Source: Hyphomicrobium sp. (lineage in GTDB: Bacteria; Pseudomonadota; Alphaproteobacteria; Rhizobiales; Hyphomicrobiaceae). From it: a stretch of DNA of 64,000 nt. How positions within the stretch are numbered: position 1 is the first letter of the stretch; every line of letters begins with the position of its first letter. Both the position numbers and the translations under genes were made by a program. A model generated the notes under the pieces. That model was given only the letters and a program-made list of their open reading frames with translations. It made no database searches and was not told the DNA's origin. Location: the NCBI GenBank assembly GCA_039933175.1, contig JBDTOR010000001.1:16420-80419 (forward strand), read 5' to 3'. Positions 1-8,800 of the stretch are shown here, piece after piece.

Positions 1-1868
1 TGCAATTCGTGCGCGTCATCTACAAGACGCCTCCCGGCGTTCACGAGGGCGCGCTCGTCAAGCTGAAGCGCAAGCTGGGCGAGTGGTGGCTCGCTCCGGT
101 GGTCTACCGCGAGCTCACCGGGGGCGGCGACAACACCGCCTTGAAGCAATGGGCGGCCAATCACCTATGGCTCGCCCAGCGGACCGGCGGATCGCCATTG
201 CACGGCATCGAGCTCGCCAGCCGCATCGTGTTCGGCAAGGAGACCGCCGACCTGTCGATCGCCGAGCAGTTCGTGCTCGCCTCCGCCGTCAATCGCCCGA
301 TCATCCTGATGGAGGGCAGCGAGCGGCTGAACGCCGTGCGGCTCGACCGCTGGCGCTACCTGACGGAGGTGCGGGCGCGCATGTGCGCGCAGAAGCTGAT
401 CGAGGATGAAGCACTGCAAAAGCAGGTCGTGTTCGATCTGTTCGCCATGGCGGCGGGACCGCCCGACCCGAAGATCAAACCGAGGCTGCAGGATGCGCTG
501 GCCAAGTATGCCCCGGCGCTTGTCCAAACCGCGCAAGCCAATCCGGTCATTCGCGCCAACGTGCTGATGCCGGCCGCCCGCTACGGCATCCGTGAAGAGA
601 TGAAGCAGCGTTACGGCTTTGCCTGGCGCGACCACGTGCGCGGCATCACGACGACGTTTGACGCCGTGTCGAACTTGGCGTTCAGCGAAACGGCGCGCCA
701 GCGTCTGGCAGAGATCGACGCCAAGTACGCCGACAAGATCGATGCCGGATTCACGCTCGATCCGGCCAAGATCACCGACGAGAGGCCGAGCCCAGGCGTC
801 ATCGTCGTTGCCGCGAATGCCACCGGCGAGATCGTCCGCTATTTCGAACAAGGGCAGACCGCGTCCTACTTCGGCTCCCCGTTCGCGCGCGAGACGGCGA
901 CCGGCTACTACGACAGCGGGCGCGAAAGCCGCATGGTCGCCTCGACCGGAAAGATCATTGCCGCCATAGCCATCGCCAACACGCTGCGCGATACGCCCCA
1001 GTCGCTCTATCCCGACACCAAAGCACCCGCGCAGGGTCTCGAGACGTGCTCCAAAGGCGAGGAGCATCATGGTCGGCGGGCCCTCGTCGCCTTCGCCTGC
1101 TCGCTCAACGATCCGCTGATGCACCGGACGGCCCAGGTTGGTCAGGCGCGCGTGCAAAAGCTCATCGACGAACTCGGCTTCAATATGCCGCCGACCAATG
1201 CCGACGGCAGCGGCACGCCGCCCTCCACTGCCGTCGTCCTCGGCCAAGTTGCAGCCGCGCCGCGGCGCGTGCACCACCTCGCCGGCATCGTGCTGGCAAG
1301 CCTCATCGGCCGTGGCGCGACGCCGCTGCAAGCGCCGACGCTGATCAAGAGCTACGACTTCACCGCCGCCGACGCTCACGCCGAGCCGGTGACGGGCAAG
1401 GTCACGCCGAACAAGATCATCCGCACCGCCGGACGCGGCTTCGTGCGCTCCGTGCTGCAAGGTCCGCTTTGTTACGAAGCGGGCGGCAAGCCGACCGGGA
1501 CGCTCAAGGATCTGTCCGGCTGGTGCGCGGCGCGCCGCCCAGGCGTGAAGCTTCACTTCGCCAAGACCGGCACGCAGGTGACCGAGGACGTCAACGCCAC
1601 CGTCGACGCGTGGATCACCGGCGGGCTGCAATTTGCGAACGGCGCCGCTTATTCCTACGTCGTCGTGGTCGGCACCGGCTCGGCGCGCGAGCCGTGGGCG
1701 CGCAGCCTGCACGCCGCGCAGGTCGCGGTGCCTTTGCTGGACGCATTGCTGACCGACCTCGAAGCGGAAGCGACCGGCCGCAAGCGCCCCCCTTCGTCGC
1801 CCGCCAAGACGAAGGCGCCGGCCGCCGCGGCTGCTGCAAAAAAATCAGCCAAGCTCACGGCCAACTGA
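1..1868 (+). CDS. Divergent bifunctional (class A, PBP1C-like) penicillin-binding protein, 5'-truncated by the window edge
   Basis: GT51-like motifs (QFVR at the edge, KLKRKLGEWWLA, HGIELASRIVFGKETADLSIAEQFVLA) and all three transpeptidase motifs: S-T-G-K, S-L-N, K-T-G. The frame is open to the window start. Confidence 0.75.
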   Translation, partial: QFVRVIYKTPPGVHEGALVKLKRKLGEWWLAPVVYRELTGGGDNTALKQWAANHLWLAQRTGGSPLHGIELASRIVFGKETADLSIAEQFVLASAVNRPIILMEGSERLNAVRLDRWRYLTEVRARMCAQKLIEDEALQKQVVFDLFAMAAGPPDPKIKPRLQDALAKYAPALVQTAQANPVIRANVLMPAARYGIREEMKQRYGFAWRDHVRGITTTFDAVSNLAFSETARQRLAEIDAKYADKIDAGFTLDPAKITDERPSPGVIVVAANATGEIVRYFEQGQTASYFGSPFARETATGYYDSGRESRMVASTGKIIAAIAIANTLRDTPQSLYPDTKAPAQGLETCSKGEEHHGRRALVAFACSLNDPLMHRTAQVGQARVQKLIDELGFNMPPTNADGSGTPPSTAVVLGQVAAAPRRVHHLAGIVLASLIGRGATPLQAPTLIKSYDFTAADAHAEPVTGKVTPNKIIRTAGRGFVRSVLQGPLCYEAGGKPTGTLKDLSGWCAARRPGVKLHFAKTGTQVTEDVNATVDAWITGGLQFANGAAYSYVVVVGTGSAREPWARSLHAAQVAVPLLDALLTDLEAEATGRKRPPSSPAKTKAPAAAAAAKKSAKLTAN

Positions 1869-1875
1869 CGCCCCT

Positions 1876-2029
1876 ACTGTCATCCGGGGCGATGCGACGG
1901 CGGCTGCCGGAGCGAGACCCGGTATCCAGTGGCCAAGGGCGCAGCTCCTTATTTGAGGAGGCTTCGCCACGCCTTGCGCTGGCTCCCGGATAACGGCTCG
2001 CTAACGCTCAACACATCCGGGATGACAGT
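1876..2029. repeat. REP/REPIN-like palindromic element (GTCAT...ATGAC type)
   Basis: Terminal inverted repeat ACTGTCATCC (1876-1885) / GGATGACAGT (2020-2029) with imperfect inner arms; intergenic, just after a stop codon. Confidence 0.65.
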
Positions 2030-2268
2030 GCAATCGCACCGACTGACTTCAGCTGTGCGAGACTTTGGAGCGGCGGCGTTCCGCCACCGAGGCGCCGTAC
2101 TGGCGACAAAAACCGCGCCTACCAAGGCGATGGATCACTTACCGGCACGACGGAAGACACTGAACGGCGAAAGAGGCGTTTCGCGCATTCGGTGGTGGGC
2201 GGTCCCGCGCGCTAATGGCGTTGCGGGTCGGCGACCACCTGTGCGCCGATCGGTTGAGCAGGTCACCC

Positions 2269-4878
2269 ATGTCGTTAAGGACGGGCGCGCCATGGTCGCG
2301 CACGAGATCCACCACCGGCGGCTTCGGTCATAGCCATGAGGCATCCGCCGATTGGTCCGAGCCGGAAGCGGCCAAGCGCGACTATAAAAAGCTGTTCCTG
2401 ATTGTCGGCCTGGCCGGCCTTTCGTGGGTCGCGACCTATGTCGGCATGCTGGAGCTGATCGAGTCCAACATGGGCTCGCTGCCGATCTTGCATAAGCTGA
2501 TCATCGGCTTCTCGGTCGCCATGCTGATGACTATGGTGGTCTGGTTGCTCGACCAGATGTTCTCGCAGGTCGACTGGTTCACGCGGCTTGCCTACCTCTT
2601 CGGCTACGTCTTCCTGTCGATCATCTCCATTGGGTTCGGTTTCGGCTTCTATTGGAAAGTGCTGGAAAGCCGTTCGGAAGCCGCCCGCTCAGCGGAAAGC
2701 GCGGTCGGCCAGGTACAGTCCTCGCTCTACGGCGCCTCGACGCGGCTGGAGCAGTTGCAGGCTACGCTCGTTCAGCTGTCGGCCATGTCGACCGACAAGG
2801 CGGCGATCGAGCGCGACAAGGGCACCTCGTGCCCCAACAGCTCGCCCGGCGACGGGCCGCGCCGCAAGATGCGCGATGAGGACGCCGCACGCTTCAATTT
2901 CGCCTCCCAATTCGTCAAGGGGCGCGTCACTGCCATCAAGGGCGACATGGGCGCGCTCGACACCGAACTGGCCAAGATCGTCTCCAACGATGCCTCGACC
3001 ATCGACGCGGTGAGCGGCACCCGCAACGATTTTATGCGCTCGCTCGGCCGCCGGCTCGACATGACGGTGACGGGATTCAACGCCTTCCGCACCGATCCCC
3101 AGCTGCGCCAGATCCGTACCGACCTCGCCGATCGCGCCGAGCGGACCACCATCGACATGGGCAACGGCAAGTCCATCACCTGCCCAGACAGCCAGTTGCA
3201 GGTCGCCCTGCGCGGCGTCGTGCGCGCGATCGACCAGCTACCTACTTTGGAGAAGCCCGAGATCGCTGCCGTCGAAGGCTCGGAAGCGACCATCGAAGCT
3301 TTCCGCCGCCTGACAGCGACCTTCTTCGGTCTGTTGTCGTTCGAGCTTCCACCGTCCGCCGATGAGTTGCGCCAGCTACAACAGAAGGCCGTGCAATCGA
3401 TCGACAACCCGGCTGCCTTGCACGCCCTCAACAACGAGTCCGTCGGCCTGTCGAAGCGCGACTACATTCCGCTCGGCGTCGCCGTTTTCGTCGATCTGTG
3501 CCTCCTCCTTGTCTCGATTGGGCGTCCCATGAACCGTTTTGTCGCCACCCGCCAAAGCATGATCGAAGCCGAGCGCGGCCCGGTGTTTCCCATCCTGTCG
3601 CGCTTTTCGGAGATCCATAACCACGAGGAGATGCGGCGCACGTTCGATGTGTTCCGCGAGGTGATCTTCGAATCGGGCGGGACCTACTACGTCGCCGTGC
3701 CGCTCAACGCACCACGCGGCCATCCGCTGCGCGAGCAGTTGCGCCGTGACGCACAGGCGCTCGCCAACCTTTGCTATGCGCTGGAGGGCCAGGGCGTGCT
3801 CACGCGGCCGTGGAAAATCGCCCCGGGGCTGGTCGCCCGCCGCAAGCTGCGCCGCCAGGGCAGCAAGTTCATCGAGTGCTATCGCGACAACTACGTGGCG
3901 CCCATTCCGCGCGCCGGGCGTGCGCTAATGGCCATGTTCATGTCCGACCGCAAAGGCGAGGAGAGCCCCGCCTTCCGCATCTACGCCTTCAAGAAGGGTG
4001 CCTGGCCGGAAATGATCCTCGGCGCCGTCATGGGTGCCGCCGGACGCATCGAGGCGGAGCGCCGCCAGCAGCAGCAAGTGACGCCGACGGTCGAAGAGAT
4101 CGCCGAAGTGCGGAGCGAATTCGAGCGTTCGATCAACGATCCACGGACCTCGCGGCGCACCGGCGTCGAGCTACCGGGGCTCGATCCCGATTTGATGGTC
4201 CGCCGGCGCACCCGCCCCAATATCTTCAAGCATCGCCCGGGCGCCGTCCACGAACCCGTCGATCGCCGCCGCCACGCGCTGCCGATGGGGCCTTCGTTCG
4301 AGGAGCGCCGTCGTGAACCTGTCACCCGCACGGTCGATGCAGCCGCGGACGAGGCCTATCGCCAGCGATTTGGCAATTATGCTGGGCTCGCAGAGGCCGA
4401 GCTGACCACTTACCGCGATCTCGACGACAACGCGCCGGAGCACGCCAACAGCAACACGGCGCGTACAGCTCCGGGTGCCGATGAGGAGGCCGTCGTCGTG
4501 CCGTTTCCGACGCCGTCCGCCGCCCCATCATCCTTTGCCGAGCGCATCGCCACGGCATTGGCCGCCGAGCCGTCGCCGGAATCGGGCGATTCGCGCCCCA
4601 GTATCGGCGTCGAACTGCGCCGCGAAACGGCGACGTTCCGCATCCCCGTGAGCGAAGCATCGCTCCCCGAGGCGCTGAAAAAGCTTGCTGGCGGCTCGAC
4701 GCGCATCGTTAGCGAAACGCCAGCCCTGGCACGGCTCGAACCGCCGTCCGCGGCCGATTCACTTGAGCTTGCGGCCGAGGAAACGCAGGCGATCGCGCTG
4801 TACGACGAATCGCTTCCACAGGAAATCGACCTTGCGGACTTCGATCCGCCACGCGTGCTCCGCAGGATGGTGGATTAA
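2269..4878 (+). CDS. Large membrane protein, DUF4407-like (3 N-terminal TM helices, coiled-coil domain, 1 TM, long low-complexity tail)
   Basis: Hydrophobic segments LFLIVGLAGLSWVATYVGML, LIIGFSVAMLMTMVVWLL, LAYLFGYVFLSIISIGFGFGFYW and YIPLGVAVFVDLCLLLVSI; GTSCPNSSPGDGP motif. Start at ATG 2269 or 2215 is uncertain. Confidence 0.55.
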   Translation: MSLRTGAPWSRTRSTTGGFGHSHEASADWSEPEAAKRDYKKLFLIVGLAGLSWVATYVGMLELIESNMGSLPILHKLIIGFSVAMLMTMVVWLLDQMFSQVDWFTRLAYLFGYVFLSIISIGFGFGFYWKVLESRSEAARSAESAVGQVQSSLYGASTRLEQLQATLVQLSAMSTDKAAIERDKGTSCPNSSPGDGPRRKMRDEDAARFNFASQFVKGRVTAIKGDMGALDTELAKIVSNDASTIDAVSGTRNDFMRSLGRRLDMTVTGFNAFRTDPQLRQIRTDLADRAERTTIDMGNGKSITCPDSQLQVALRGVVRAIDQLPTLEKPEIAAVEGSEATIEAFRRLTATFFGLLSFELPPSADELRQLQQKAVQSIDNPAALHALNNESVGLSKRDYIPLGVAVFVDLCLLLVSIGRPMNRFVATRQSMIEAERGPVFPILSRFSEIHNHEEMRRTFDVFREVIFESGGTYYVAVPLNAPRGHPLREQLRRDAQALANLCYALEGQGVLTRPWKIAPGLVARRKLRRQGSKFIECYRDNYVAPIPRAGRALMAMFMSDRKGEESPAFRIYAFKKGAWPEMILGAVMGAAGRIEAERRQQQQVTPTVEEIAEVRSEFERSINDPRTSRRTGVELPGLDPDLMVRRRTRPNIFKHRPGAVHEPVDRRRHALPMGPSFEERRREPVTRTVDAAADEAYRQRFGNYAGLAEAELTTYRDLDDNAPEHANSNTARTAPGADEEAVVVPFPTPSAAPSSFAERIATALAAEPSPESGDSRPSIGVELRRETATFRIPVSEASLPEALKKLAGGSTRIVSETPALARLEPPSAADSLELAAEETQAIALYDESLPQEIDLADFDPPRVLRRMVD

Positions 4879-5031
4879 GCCGTTGTCGGAGCATGAGGGA
4901 ACCTGCTCATGGCGAGGCGCTCCGCAACACTTGCTTAACCGAAATGTCAGCTTAATAGCCGGCAACAGCAACACACCCCGGGTGGGACATGTCTCGCGCT
5001 TCGATCTCGGGCAAAAAGGGGGACCTCGGTC

Positions 5032-5616
5032 ATGTCCATTGAAACGCCTTCACTGCTCCATGGCCTGTCCATTGCCGAGAAAGTTTCGAAGCTGAGCGCC
5101 TTCATCGGCGAAGATCTCGATTCGCGCTCGATGCATGGAATTCACGTCGCCGGCGGCTGCTATCTGCTGATCGCCCGCTCGCCGGAAAGCCCGGTGGCGC
5201 AGGCGCTGCAAGCTCACGCCGGACGCCTCACCGGCCTCGGCATCCGCGTTCGCGCGATTTTCACCGAAATCGATTCCGCCAAGCCCGCGCATTTGATGGC
5301 GCCCTTCTCGGTGCCGAGCGAGTGCCGTCTGGCCCGCGACCTGCGCCTGCTCGCCGCCCATGAACAGCTGACGCTGACGCCCACCTGCACTTGGGTTGGC
5401 GACTGCATGCGCCGCGACCCCGGCAAGCGCGACGCTCTGGAACGCTTCGCCCCCAACTGCGCCCAGACTGGCGCTCATGCCATCCGTTCGTTCGAGAGCC
5501 TGTGGCGCGCCACGGTGCCCGTCTATGCGATGCCGGCGATGACCGCCGCGCTTGCACAGATGCCCGAGCTTGCCGGCGCCGGCGAGACGCTGCCCGAAGG
5601 TATGCGCCGCCAGTAA
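5032..5616 (+). CDS. Hypothetical protein (194 aa)
   Basis: Purine-rich SD (AAGGGGGA) before the ATG; host-like codon usage; no confident family. Confidence 0.6.
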   Translation: MSIETPSLLHGLSIAEKVSKLSAFIGEDLDSRSMHGIHVAGGCYLLIARSPESPVAQALQAHAGRLTGLGIRVRAIFTEIDSAKPAHLMAPFSVPSECRLARDLRLLAAHEQLTLTPTCTWVGDCMRRDPGKRDALERFAPNCAQTGAHAIRSFESLWRATVPVYAMPAMTAALAQMPELAGAGETLPEGMRRQ

Positions 5617-5846
5617 CGGCTCGTTAAAATCGCTAAGTCGGTTACCTTTGCGAGGCCGGTGCGAAAGCGCCGGCCTCGTTCGCGTTTGCAGCTCGGATGC
5701 AAGCGGACGCAAGAGGCGGAAACTGGCGATAACGCCGGGCTTATCGCCGCCGCATGCACATTGGACCCTGATCGCCTTCACCGGAACATTCCCTTTGTCG
5801 ATAATGGCCTTGGATCGTTTCGGCTCAGACCTTCAGGGTGGCCACC

Positions 5847-8800
5847 ATGCCGTTGCTCGCGCGCCTGCTCCTCGCATTCAGTCTTCTCTTTCCGCTGGCG
5901 CCCGCGATGGCACAGCAGCAATCCCAAGCGGTGCACCCCTTCGCTCACCAGGGCGTCAAGGAAGATGCGCAACGCTACGAGACGTACCTCAAGTCAAACT
6001 GGAAACTCTCCGGCAAGCCCGCGACCGAGTTGCGCCGTGATGGCGAGCGGATGCTGCGTGTCGACCCGCGCGCCGCCTCGCGCAGCTTCGCCGGCGCCGT
6101 CGTCTCCGACAACACTGACGCTGACGCCTGGATCGGGCTTGCGCGCGCACTGCTCGCTATCTCGCCCGACCCGAACAAGGACAGCGAGCGCTACGACCTT
6201 CCGGTGAATGGCTCCGGCGCCGCCTACCTCGCTTACGAGCGCGCGCAGGGCGATCCGCAGAAGGCCCGCGCCCTCGCCGTGCTCGGCGATGCGTTGCAGC
6301 GGCGCTCCTACTGGCGCCCGGCCATCGAGGCGCTGAAAACCAGCCTTGCCCTCGCCGACAACGGCGCCGTGCGCGAGACCTTCGACAAGCTGCGCTCCGA
6401 GCACGGCTTCCGCATGACCGACTACAAGGCGGAAGCCGAGTTGGCGGCGCCGCGCCTGTGCCTGCAGTTCTCCGAGGCTCTCGCCCGCGGCCAGGTCGAC
6501 TTCGCCAAGTTCGTCTCCGTCGATGGCAAGGATCCGCAAAGCGTCTCGGCCGAGAACGAGCAGCTGTGCATCGACGGCCTCAGCCACGGCCAGCGCTACC
6601 AGGTGCAGATCCGCGCCGGGCTGCCTTCGGCAGTCGAAGAGGATCTGACCAAGAACATCGAGATCGCCGTCTACGTGCCGGACCGCAAGCCGTTCGTGCG
6701 CTTCTCCGGCAAGTCCTACGTGCTGCCGAGCCGCGGCCAGCAGGGCATTCCGCTCGTCTCCATCAACACCGCCAAGGTCGAGGTCGAGGTCTACCGCATC
6801 GGCGACCGCAATCTCGTCGGCGCGCTGGAGAGCGGCGATTTCCAGCGCCAGCTGCAGAGCTACGAGCTCGAGCAGATCAAGTCGCGCTCGGGCGAGAAGA
6901 TCTTCACCGGCTCGATGGACGTGCCGCAGAAGCTGAATGAAGAGATCACCACGGCGCTGCCCGTCACCGATGCCGTCGGCACCCTGAAGCCCGGCGTCTA
7001 TGTGATGATCGCCAAGCCGTCGCAGAAGTCGCGCGAGGACTACAACACCGAGGCGACGCAGTGGTTCATCGTCTCCGACCTCGGCCTCACCGCCTTCTCC
7101 GGGGATGACGGCGTACATGCGTTCGTGCGCTCGCTGGCCGAGACCAATCCCTCGGTCGGCGTCAACGTGAAGCTGATTGCCCGCAACAACGAGGTACTCG
7201 GCACCGCCAAGACGGACGCGCGCGGCTACGCCAAGTTCGACGCCGGCCTGGCGCGTGGCGAAGGTGGTTTGCAGCCGGCGCTGCTGATGGCGGAAAGCGC
7301 CAGCGGCGAATACGCCTTCCTCGACCTCACGTCGGGCGCCTTCGACCTGACCGACCGCGGCGTCAAGGGACGCGAGACGCCCGGCCCGCTCGATGGCTTC
7401 ATCTACACCGAGCGCGGCGTCTACCGCCCCGGCGAGGACGTCCACATCGCCGCCCTCGTGCGCGATGCGGCCGGCAAGGCTGCAACGCTTCCCGTCACGC
7501 TTATTGTGACGCGACCCGACGGCGTCGAGCACGCGCGCTACACGCTCAAGGACCGTGGCCTCGGCGGCCGCGACATCACCCTGCCGCTCGCTGCGTCGTC
7601 GCAAACCGGCACGTGGCGCGCCAAGTTGCACACCGATCCCGATAAAGATGCGCTGACGCAGGTCTCGTTCCTGGTCGAGGACTTCGTTCCCGAGCGCCTT
7701 GACCTCAAGCTCGAGGCGCCGACGGCCGCGCTGTCGCCGCAGGAGACGCAGACCATCAAGGCGACGGGCCGCTATCTGTACGGCCCGCCCGCCGCCGACC
7801 TCGCTATCGAGGGCGATATTGTCGTCAGGCCGTCGAAGAAGGACGTCGACGGCTACCCCGGCTTCCAGTTCGGCCAGGCCGACGAGGCCATCGAGCCGGT
7901 GCGCAAGCCGCTCGACGGCGCGACGACCACTGATGCGGAGGGCGTTGCCCAGGTTGCCATTACGCTGCCGCCGGTTACGCAGACGGCCAAGCCCCTCGAA
8001 GCCAGCGTCATCCTGCGCCTGCGCGAGTCGGGCGGTCGCACCATCGAGCGCACCATCACGGTCCCGGTCGACCTCAAGCAGGCGCGCATGGGCATCAAGC
8101 CGCTGTTCAAGGGCAACGACCTCGATGAGAAGCAGACAGCATCGTTCGAGGTCGTGGTGCTCGACAGCGCCGGCAAGCGCGTTGCAGCCAACGGGCTGAA
8201 CTGGGTGCTCAACCGCCTCGACAGCAACTGGCAGTGGTACCGCCGCGATGGCCAGTGGAACTACGAGGCCGTGACTCTGACGCGTAAGATCGCCGACGGC
8301 ACGCTAGATGCGACGGCCGACGGCGCATTGCCGAAGATCGAAGCCGGCGTCGATTGGGGCCGCTACAAGCTCGAGATCACCTCGGCCGATCCCGCCGGTC
8401 CGTCGGCCAGCACCACCTTCAATGCCGGCTGGTACACGGCCGCCAGCGAAGCCGAGAGCCCCGAAATCCTCGACGTCGCTCTCGATCGCGCCAGCTACAA
8501 GCCAGGTGAAACGGCCAAGCTGCGCATCGCCACCAAGCACGGCGGCCAAGCGCTCATCTCGGTGTTGTCCGATGGGCTGCTCTCGCAGCAGGAGATCGAT
8601 GTCCCCAACGGCGGCGGGGAAGCCGACGTGATGGTGGGCGATAACTGGGGCGCCGGCGCTTACGTCACCGCCATGCTCTACCGTCCGCTCGACGAAAGCC
8701 TGAAGCGGATGCCGAGTCGCGCCATTGGCGTGCAGTGGCTCGGTCTCGACCAGGCTGCCAACACGCTGAATGTCGAGCTCGGCGCACCGGAGAAGATCAA

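Noticed and set aside
5613-5627. GTAA-N7-TTAA, a CtrA-box-like site upstream of A2M
   Set aside because: One mismatch, overlaps the previous gene's stop codon, and has no supporting context.
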